Shown: positions 22,901-28,340 of the stretch, piece by piece | Layout: each line of letters starts with the position of its first letter | How positions within the stretch are numbered: the first letter of the stretch is position 1 | IMG/VR virus record: IMGVR_UViG_3300005512_000251 | Span: 1 to 28,340 of that record | DNA length: 28,340 nt | Direction: 5' to 3' (one strand) | DNA from: a virus | Taxonomy: Duplodnaviria > Caudoviricetes | Translations under genes and position numbers: made by a program | The notes under the pieces: generated by a model | Databases searched by the model: none | Seen by the model: only the letters and a program-made list of their open reading frames with translations | What the model was told of the DNA's origin: nothing

Positions 22901-25083
22901 TTTATACTATTTGAATCTTCATCTCTTAAACTTTCTCCAGATTTAAATCTTCCCGAAAGAGTCTTGACAAATAGTAATCTGCCAATTGAATATTTTCCAG
23001 ATGGAGCTCCTTCAACAACTCCATATGCTCCACTTGAAAGACCATATACATATTTGCCAATACCAAATGTTCCCGACTCTGGAATTGAATCTAATAAAAT
23101 TTTAGTATAAAACTCTGGATCAAAATATGATAAACCAAAAATAGCATTGTATGTTTGAGATCCTTCAGACAAACGTCCTTTGGAAAGGATAATATCAGTA
23201 TCTGAATTAAATCCCGATCCCCTTTCTTTTAAGAAAAAGTTACTTGGTTTTGCTCTTCCGATCAGAGGTGTTACCGTGTCACTATAATCAATAATAAATC
23301 CAATAGCATTTTGATCCACTGATGCATCAGAATTATTGTAGAATAGTTTTCTTTCGTAATTGGCATCACCAGGATCATATTCGAGCATCAATAATTCAAT
23401 ATCTTCCTTACTTCCAGCAACGGTAAGTTCTAAAAATTTAATAGCAGGATCAGCATTGTAAAGTGGTTTATTTACTTTAGCAAATGCTAAAGTTTTTAAA
23501 CTTCCTACAGATGTAGCATTGCCAGCAAGATCTCTGGTTTTAATAAAATAGATATCTCCTAATAGATTTTCAAATGTTGAATCTGTAATACTTGCTAATG
23601 GACTAGTAGTGCTTGTTACATTTAAAACTATAGTTTTAATGGCATCATTCGAATTAAAATATTCTCCTCTTCTATTCAGAGTTTGTCTATGGTCCGAATC
23701 ATCTTCAGTATTTGATAATCCAACAGAACCATCATTAAACACACTATAGAGATTAATAAAAGGATACGCAGTTAGATCGGATCCTTCTTTATTAAGGGGA
23801 ACACTTCCATAAGTGTTTGTAATACTATAAGTTGGTAGTCCTCTTGCTTTTAATCTGATATTATCACTTGTTAGACTTTCTCTCGCTTTATTAATCTCAA
23901 GATACTTGGTTTCTTTATTGACAATTTCATATCCTTTGATGTATGCTTTTCCTGGTCCAATTCCAACAAGCATTTTCCTACCTGCTTCTGCTGCTGTAAA
24001 TCCATTATAAGTTCCAAATTCATTTAAAGCATAGATACCACCATTGTTATTTTTCTGTGCGTATTCTCTAATATCTACAGAAAAATCATCAACAATGTAA
24101 TCGCCACTTTCATCAAAAGTCCTACGAGCAAGAGTTTGTTCGATTAAATTATAATTAGTTTGTGATACTTTCCTCTGTACCTCCCCGCGAAGAGTTGTAA
24201 TGAGTTGAATAAAATTTTTGTCCGTGGCAGCATTAAGATTAAATTTAGATAAAGATAAACTAATTTTTAATCTATGTGCTCCTGGAGCAGTATAGTTTGA
24301 TGAACCAATAGAATTATCATATAAACTTACATCTTCTTCTGGAGTTACGATTTCTTCTTTAATCGTAAATCCAACTTTCGCGGATGGACTATCATAATAA
24401 TCATCAATAACTAAAATTTGTTTATCATTGCGGACAAAATACCCATTAACAAAATAAATTCCTTCTTCTACTTCAACTGCAGAAGCAAATCCCATAGCAG
24501 GACTTTCTAGAAAAATAGTTTGATTATTATCTGGATTTACTATACTAATACTTGTAGGAAGAACACTTCCATCAGTTCCTACCACAAGAAGTGGAGTATT
24601 GATACCATCTACAACTTCTAATGTTTCGCCTTGACGGAAAGTAGATTCTGTATTAGAATCTCCACTGTTCAAATAATTAACATATAAAGTATCAGCAGTA
24701 GTTTCTGTCGCTAACTTTGATTCTAAAACAGTGGCAAGAACACCAGAACTCAATCCTCTTACTTGGAGACCAATTAATTGAGAAATATCATATTTTTTAT
24801 AAACGATATTATCGCCTTCATTTATTGCTACTTCTGATACAGAAGATAGTTTTACATAGTCTAATTTTGTATTAAGACCAACCTCTCCAGGGACCACTAA
24901 GTCTCCCTGTTTAAACGCATATTTTCCAAAACTCTCTACTTGATTTTGTAAGATAGATTGTAGTTGTGTTAACTCTCTACCTTGAATTGAGTATCCAGGA
25001 CGAAATAGAATTTTATAAAAATTCTTAGATACATCAAAGTCCTCATAATAAGGGCTTACATTAAGGTTAGTCTTCTGTGGCAT
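16960..25083 (-). CDS. VrlC-like / DUF4815-domain giant virion structural protein (2707 aa from ATG 25083)
   Basis: N-terminus MPQKTNLNVSPYYEDFD...LFRPG..IQGRELTQLQSILQNQ; APGAHRLKI; LARRTFDESGDY; RFTMRDIGKLEKRIERLEYYTSLS; PLAQTF; C-terminal FSSFAIKIVM...PKIQDIRAVA. The start is moved from the TTG at 25095 to the ATG at 25083, which follows a GGAG. Confidence 0.85.
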   Translation of the reverse strand: MPQKTNLNVSPYYEDFDVSKNFYKILFRPGYSIQGRELTQLQSILQNQVESFGKYAFKQGDLVVPGEVGLNTKLDYVKLSSVSEVAINEGDNIVYKKYDISQLIGLQVRGLSSGVLATVLESKLATETTADTLYVNYLNSGDSNTESTFRQGETLEVVDGINTPLLVVGTDGSVLPTSISIVNPDNNQTIFLESPAMGFASAVEVEEGIYFVNGYFVRNDKQILVIDDYYDSPSAKVGFTIKEEIVTPEEDVSLYDNSIGSSNYTAPGAHRLKISLSLSKFNLNAATDKNFIQLITTLRGEVQRKVSQTNYNLIEQTLARRTFDESGDYIVDDFSVDIREYAQKNNNGGIYALNEFGTYNGFTAAEAGRKMLVGIGPGKAYIKGYEIVNKETKYLEINKARESLTSDNIRLKARGLPTYSITNTYGSVPLNKEGSDLTAYPFINLYSVFNDGSVGLSNTEDDSDHRQTLNRRGEYFNSNDAIKTIVLNVTSTTSPLASITDSTFENLLGDIYFIKTRDLAGNATSVGSLKTLAFAKVNKPLYNADPAIKFLELTVAGSKEDIELLMLEYDPGDANYERKLFYNNSDASVDQNAIGFIIDYSDTVTPLIGRAKPSNFFLKERGSGFNSDTDIILSKGRLSEGSQTYNAIFGLSYFDPEFYTKILLDSIPESGTFGIGKYVYGLSSGAYGVVEGAPSGKYSIGRLLFVKTLSGRFKSGESLRDEDSNSIKIAKDNTISHFVVANRGLGYADGSNLVINGVEYDSSVVDLQRLANGSFYSALINNKSALSTEYAQPPAVTIKQPDGSATPSQGAAVLAVLTRNSVTTYSPQNVKSLASAFGSGGANVFTADVVIDDQKYSEINSVTEYTFFGSRGYNFIESTSFNADATNALQQGDLIQFSDVDNNIVRTTVQYATIKSGPQKSRIYLDMMLPGDVVNTSVVRLRPKVENSSKGTLLFPTGSKQVKKIVSSPENTNIKYFFRRDFVTTASSSGGIISFAAQLEFGTQRFAEFSEENYIITVLDPGDAPNILKGDIVYVDKDRVTVTSSTDTVSGLTAGSITFTLPSTYFGIIPQNGSYPKLKLTATVEVSNAKPRLKTAIKNRRIVISSSGDSVIPLRGTDYDSEVIEVISYSDAYKLNYVYEGSATQPPDVDSAGNLVSGVDVTDRFTFDNGQRDTVYDVSRIVLKPGYEETRGQLVVSFDYFDQSQGDFCTIDSYVHEAGVTEDEIPSFNSSVLGTVDLKNVIDFRPKVDSAKTVAGFQDESSLSITVGSFSGSGAVVASTPAPDSNLQYTLSFSQIQYLDRIDGVFLNKKGNFIVKEGNSSLNPSKPDLIEDAIPLFYAYIPAYTKTSKDVRITPVDNRRFTMRDIGKLEKRIERLEYYTSLSILEQQALNMQVKDEIGFDRFKSGFLVDNFEAHRSGNLSSIDYQCSIDSQQSVLRPQSNEDSFILKEFNTREDQRFVSGYKKSGDIITLPYTSNESIIGNNFASKTINPNPFVVLQYVGESTLSPSIDQWYDKSKEPIVVDTNTDLYKIFLSKVSLKESFASLHNSFIINWVGAAPSFTSINSLGEVNSVDSEKTVDIASVSSSSNISPQNNDTGKGVQTKTVRGNKVATSLQFYARSVPIKFTVNRLKPNTRVYVFLEGRDISAWVNPDLRFTGIAGNSLSAFGGAITTDSNGNASGLILLPSGHPPRENTTWTNDVTTVDYDTSREAVEILTGLKTFRFTSSSTNESKSTVDTYAEVKYYATGILPENPSGIVSTKPAFFKSNEGIQFINSNTDNPIRPNPLAQTFKVENYSGGLFVTGVDLFFNKKSSNIPIKTYITNVDAEKPGKNIIPGSEKVLLPYTYIRFYTNGNVYVTRGENVTGSTSAASGPIQAIIDKNGTELVPSSTGRYLLTNEQVYTMVLSNHNGRSFNQNETLIIPSVTLANNTEATGSVLTIAKDSGKLSDIKIINTGANYDSAIITIESPQLPGGSIATATVEVSNGKVYNAEITLNGFGYTEAPSVVIRGVGNGAGGCLIETSIDIDTPAVRMGVAVDSEGVTESTTPTHFAFDYPVYLQNDTEYALVVETDSVDYYMWVSRLGETDLSTSTIITTQPSLGSVYRSQNTESWTEDNFEDIKFTLYKAEFDISRDAELILVNEDTGYELLDNNPFQTNATANTQATSKLFGNNNYIINVNHRDHGFEDSGNSYVFYRTAKETGGVTASVLNDSLFQIKNSGIDTYNITSAVSATGNINGGGNSVYASYNRKFEVLYPQLQYLSFSDTSIKTTVKTTNIVPVDSDTSNYTSYSQTAYEKTFLNEPHFFDNQKVIASQINQTLNNIDGSLLYKLSLSSSSTDVSPVIDLSSSSVKLVSNRIENAFGQEDRYGRRDQIIKFFPVYKFEISGPVGVQIQQNQSVEGYNSNAVGFIARMDGSTAYVILKTTQLFQRGERLSLGNQPTLVEDVNGEDLPASTVSTNPTQVFTNIADAEIIVARNPSIILETYDNIITGKTVIWNNKTQELTVRVDTQPIADDFTGRIQDNDAFNRNSVVNDQIADIFRVGDIVKYASQSDEDARLLEIQSISYTSGVNYVSDNTSKNSSSVAKYVTREVSISNPGTAIDVHLTLNVKDIRDVEVLYKYKKSSSQENFDDLEWIYFNDNGQPDSLEIANSENTISGIVERQSSYQDITYSVADLPEFSSFAIKIVMKGTDPVYVPKIQDIRAVAAF

Positions 25084-25116
25084 GGTCTCCGCCAAATACT
25101 AGCATCTTGTCCCTAG

Positions 25117-25124
25117 TATTTAGT
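25117..25124 (-). promoter_or_regulatory. Late promoter ACTAAATA upstream of the VrlC-like gene
   Basis: Reads tatttagt on +, immediately after the gp8 terminator and 33 nt before the ATG. Confidence 0.7.
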
Positions 25125-25130
25125 AGAGAT

Positions 25131-25158
25131 AAAAAAAATCCCCCGATTAATCGAGGGA
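25131..25158 (-). terminator. Rho-independent terminator downstream of gp8
   Basis: Minus-strand RNA reads UCCCUCGA-UUAA-UCGGGGGA-UUUUUUUU: an 8-bp stem with one G-U pair followed by U8. Confidence 0.85.
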
Positions 25159-25179
25159 CTTTATTATGTATGATTTAAA

Positions 25180-26991
25180 TCAGAATTCGATAACTAGCTT
25201 AATATCTTCAATTTGGTCTGGAGCACGGGTGATGAGACGACGGTTCTCGACGTAAATAACCTCACCAGAGTTGTTCTCAATTTCTGGTGCTGCTAGACCA
25301 GAAGCAAAAGTTACACCCAATAAAGTGCCAGCATAACCTGTATCTACATTACCAGAAGAAGCGGAAAGAACACCTGAAACTGCGTTAGCACCATTACTTT
25401 CAAATGCTCTTACAATACCTTGATCTGTGTGTGAATCATTTGTCTGGATATATTTGAGAACACCATCTGTGGTTGAACCAGAATCAAGAGTCCATGAAAC
25501 AACTGTTCCCTTAGCAGTACCACCTGTTACAGTTTGAGAAATCATTTCATCAGGAACGAAATCTGCAGTAGCACCAGTAATCTTGATTGATTTTAAACCA
25601 GACAGGGTATCAGCAGTAGCATAATTGGTAGTGCCCCAGTTAAATGGATCCTTGATAATTCCAATACGACGGAAATCGTTATCAACTGGGAAATCACCAG
25701 AACCTTCTGCGTAAGTCAAACGGATGTTAGTCATCACACGCTTGCCATTTAGTTCTTGCTCATGATCAGAACCATGACCACCACTAGGAGGAAGAATAAC
25801 TTCAATAGCACCAACTCCATTAGCAGGAGTTGCTACACCAGTTGTTAGACCTTGATCTGAGAAGAGGTTTCCATTACCTAAAAGTACGTTGGCATAAGTA
25901 TAACCACTACCACGAACAACAACTCTAGAAGCAGTAATTGATCCACTACCATCAGTAGTTAATTCTACAACACCACCAGTTCCATCACCCTTTACACTAG
26001 TGTAAAGAGTTTGTGAAGCAGGTAGATTAGATCCAGCATCTTCAATTAATGCGACATCAAGAGAACCTGCGACAGCAAGACCAGCAACAGCAACGCGAGT
26101 ATTGTTAGTAGGAAGAACAATTGGCATGAAGTCCGAAGAAAGGAATCTTAGAACGTCATCGGTTGGCATGGTGTACATGTACTTCCAGATGTATCCAGCA
26201 CCAGAAGTTTCTGTGTAAATTCCTGTTGCTCCATTATAATTAGCACCAGATGTTGATGGTTGTTCAGTTGCGTTCTGACCAGTTAAGTTGCCAGGACCCT
26301 CACCATTGTAAAGGCATTTGAATACTTCATAGTCAGAGTTCATTACGTAGAACTTAGCATCAGAGATACTATCTTGACCTGTTGCAGTCTGCTTACCTAC
26401 TTGACCACCGCCACCAGGAGTAGCAGAGTAATCAGGTTTCCACATGTCATACTTAGGATTAGCAACTAGATCCCAATTGTAACGACGAATAACTGTTCTC
26501 GCAAAAGCATCAGTAATACGCTTAGCAGCAATGATCTCATCGTAAAGAGAAATCTTTTCTCTCTGGTTGTCTAGAGGAAGAGGTGGGATGTCTTCTGTTC
26601 CGTAACGATAAACACCAGTCTTAGCAGTCGCACTAGTTGTCGTCGAACCTCCATCAGCAGTTTCTAACAAAGTGCTGCCTAGAGGAGGAGTTGAATTAAT
26701 ACCGTTGCTGCCAAAAACGTCGGTTAGAAGAAGGGCACTATCATAAACGGCAGCAACTGTGGCACGGAAAGCGGTAGAACCATATGTTCCAACAAATACT
26801 TCATTACCAACTGTAAAATTGATGGAACCTTTAGCATATACTTCTAAATATGCTCTCCATGATTGAGGGCGTCCGACGAAAAAGTACATCCTAGTACGAT
26901 CATCACTAGTTTCACTTGCTCCTTCCGTAAGAGACTCTAGAAATTGTTTAGCATTAAAAATTCTAAACTTGTCTGAAATAATAGCAGCCAT
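25180..26991 (-). CDS. gp8: Baseplate wedge subunit gp8
   Basis: MAAIISDKFRIFNAKQF, YFFVGRPQSW, PPLPLDN, RTVIRRYNW, YEVFKCLYN, GYIWKYMY, NDFRRIGIIKDP and SGEVIYVENRRLITR..DQIEDIKLVIEF are hallmark T4-like gp8 motifs. Confidence 0.93.
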   Translation of the reverse strand: MAAIISDKFRIFNAKQFLESLTEGASETSDDRTRMYFFVGRPQSWRAYLEVYAKGSINFTVGNEVFVGTYGSTAFRATVAAVYDSALLLTDVFGSNGINSTPPLGSTLLETADGGSTTTSATAKTGVYRYGTEDIPPLPLDNQREKISLYDEIIAAKRITDAFARTVIRRYNWDLVANPKYDMWKPDYSATPGGGGQVGKQTATGQDSISDAKFYVMNSDYEVFKCLYNGEGPGNLTGQNATEQPSTSGANYNGATGIYTETSGAGYIWKYMYTMPTDDVLRFLSSDFMPIVLPTNNTRVAVAGLAVAGSLDVALIEDAGSNLPASQTLYTSVKGDGTGGVVELTTDGSGSITASRVVVRGSGYTYANVLLGNGNLFSDQGLTTGVATPANGVGAIEVILPPSGGHGSDHEQELNGKRVMTNIRLTYAEGSGDFPVDNDFRRIGIIKDPFNWGTTNYATADTLSGLKSIKITGATADFVPDEMISQTVTGGTAKGTVVSWTLDSGSTTDGVLKYIQTNDSHTDQGIVRAFESNGANAVSGVLSASSGNVDTGYAGTLLGVTFASGLAAPEIENNSGEVIYVENRRLITRAPDQIEDIKLVIEF

Positions 26992-27024
26992 TGATTTTTT
27001 CCGACGTAGTGTTTGTGCCTGAGT

Positions 27025-27049
27025 TATTTATATTTATATCGATATTTAG
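27025..27049 (-). promoter_or_regulatory. Stacked late promoters upstream of gp8 (TATAAATA twice plus CTAAATA)
   Basis: tatttata at 27025-27032 and 27031-27038 (perfect T4 late consensus, overlapping), plus tatttag at 27043-27049 overlapping the upstream stop codon. Confidence 0.8.
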
Positions 27050-28340
27050 AAAATTGAATATGGAACCAACTCATCATTATTATTAATAGCATCTGGACCA
27101 GATACCAAAGTACATCCAGTGAATGATGTATCCGTTTTACCAGTATATTGTATTACAGTACCACCACTACTAAACAAGTAACCTTCGTTGGGGAAATATG
27201 TTGTATCTTGTACAACAATCGGTCCACCAATAGTTCCCGAGGAAGAACTGATGGCAACAGGATTTTGAATTGATGGTAACATTAAATTAAATTTAGCACC
27301 AGTCAAAGTATAACTAGAATTTTTCCTTTCTGTAAAGTCTCTAATAGTCATGGATGGGAAGTATGTGCTAAACTCTTGTAATGTCAATCCAGAGGCATCA
27401 CATGCACCATCATCAAAAATACCATCAAAGTGACTAATTGTATGTCCAGCATTAGTTCTTTCATAAGATCCGATATATTCAGTATCTACTCCAAATACAC
27501 TATTGCCAACAAAAACACTTGTTAGATCTCTCTTGATAACTTCATATGAATCATCAAGATCGACAAAACCATTTAGTCTGGTTGAAATCGGATCGGCAAT
27601 GAATACGCTCTCCTGATAACCATCAACAATACCAGAAGGTGGTGTGAATAATAAAACTTCTGTAGCATTTCTAGAAATTACAAAATTTGATTGTATAGAT
27701 TCTATAGTATTTGTAATATTTGTTTTACTATGTTTTGTATTGAAAGATTTTATGGTGGATAATCCAGTTTCTAATCTATATCTAACTTGAGTTTTAACGT
27801 TGGATATAGACTGAATACTTGATTGTACTTGTACTTGAGTAATTATATCTCTATGAGTATTCTGTATTGTTACTGGAGGAGATTGTAATTGCTCGTAACG
27901 AATTCTATCTTGACCTTTCTGATCATCACCTAATCCAGTCGCAGCACCAACCATAATGACAGATGCTTCGCTGAAGACAGAGACAACACCTGCAGGAGCG
28001 ATAGATACTGGTTCTGGAATTTGTCTAATAAAAGTGCCAGCTGGCCAGAATTGTGCTGTTGTATTATTCTGACCTCTTTGAACCATTAAGAAACGATCAT
28101 CCAACTTACGCATGTATTGGACAACTTCATTACCAATTAATAAGAAACCATTAGTTTTAAACTTGCTAGTATCTGGAATGTAGATAATTGTATCTGTTGG
28201 ATCTGCATCAATTTGAAGAACAGCAGCAACTTCGAAGTAATTAACATTTCCGAGAGAAGTGTTTTGAATAATATTATGAATAGTTGTTGTAATCTCTTTA
28301 GAGGTTGCCATTCTAAGAGATCTGCTTTCAGAGAAAATAT
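27046..28340 (-). CDS. C-terminal part of a large baseplate protein in the gp7 (baseplate wedge initiator) position; 5' end lies outside the window
   Basis: The frame stays open upstream of the ATG at 28311 (IFSESRSLR-M) to the window edge. It lies directly upstream of gp8 and carries two copies of a DTxxFxxxGxLxxGxxVxQY module. The gp7 call rests on synteny only. Confidence 0.55.
   Translation of the reverse strand, partial: IFSESRSLRMATSKEITTTIHNIIQNTSLGNVNYFEVAAVLQIDADPTDTIIYIPDTSKFKTNGFLLIGNEVVQYMRKLDDRFLMVQRGQNNTTAQFWPAGTFIRQIPEPVSIAPAGVVSVFSEASVIMVGAATGLGDDQKGQDRIRYEQLQSPPVTIQNTHRDIITQVQVQSSIQSISNVKTQVRYRLETGLSTIKSFNTKHSKTNITNTIESIQSNFVISRNATEVLLFTPPSGIVDGYQESVFIADPISTRLNGFVDLDDSYEVIKRDLTSVFVGNSVFGVDTEYIGSYERTNAGHTISHFDGIFDDGACDASGLTLQEFSTYFPSMTIRDFTERKNSSYTLTGAKFNLMLPSIQNPVAISSSSGTIGGPIVVQDTTYFPNEGYLFSSGGTVIQYTGKTDTSFTGCTLVSGPDAINNNDELVPYSIF

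Noticed and set aside
3206-23110. Numerous 60-176 aa plus-strand ORFs in the track
   Set aside because: All are antisense shadows of long Gly/Thr/Ser-rich minus-strand genes. They have Pro/Val-rich low-information translations, mostly non-ATG starts and no recognisable motifs.
25084-25095. TTG start at 25095 giving MAET-MPQK
   Set aside because: The ATG at 25083 gives the family-typical MPQKTNLN N-terminus, and the extra codons coincide with the GGAG leader motif.
28309-28311. ATG at 28311 as the true start of a 421-aa protein
   Set aside because: The frame is open to the window edge and no promoter or RBS is evident; probably an internal Met.
1-28340. tRNA, rRNA, CRISPR array, intron, intein or homing endonuclease
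   Set aside because: Intergenic gaps are all under 100 bp. I recognised no repeat-spacer array, no intein splice motifs and no HNH/GIY-YIG/LAGLIDADG motifs.

Overview
The window is a single minus-strand late (virion structural) gene cluster of a T4-like cyanomyovirus (Kyanoviridae-like). Evidence: a clear gp8 baseplate wedge gene, a DUF4815/VrlC-like giant structural protein, (T/C/G)TAAATA late-promoter motifs and a TIGR02466-type 2OG-Fe(II) oxygenase. Order in the direction of transcription: 5'-truncated large baseplate protein (gp7 position), gp8, terminator plus late promoter, 2707-aa VrlC-like protein, 68-aa coiled-coil protein, 1700-aa fibre/baseplate-associated protein, 168-aa protein, 2766-aa tail fibre, 336-aa lectin-like tip protein, 2OG oxygenase, 311-aa paralogous tip protein, and a truncated ORF. 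The most striking observation is two tandem ~165-aa helical domains in the 2766-aa fibre that resemble phycobiliprotein subunits and keep the bilin-attachment K-C-x-R-D-I-G motif. The neighbouring 1700-aa protein carries a cupredoxin-like domain with an intact H...C-x2-H-x2-M copper-ligand set. Together these suggest a virion carrying photosynthesis-type cofactor modules, which is inference. All family assignments come from motif recognition by eye; no database searches were run.
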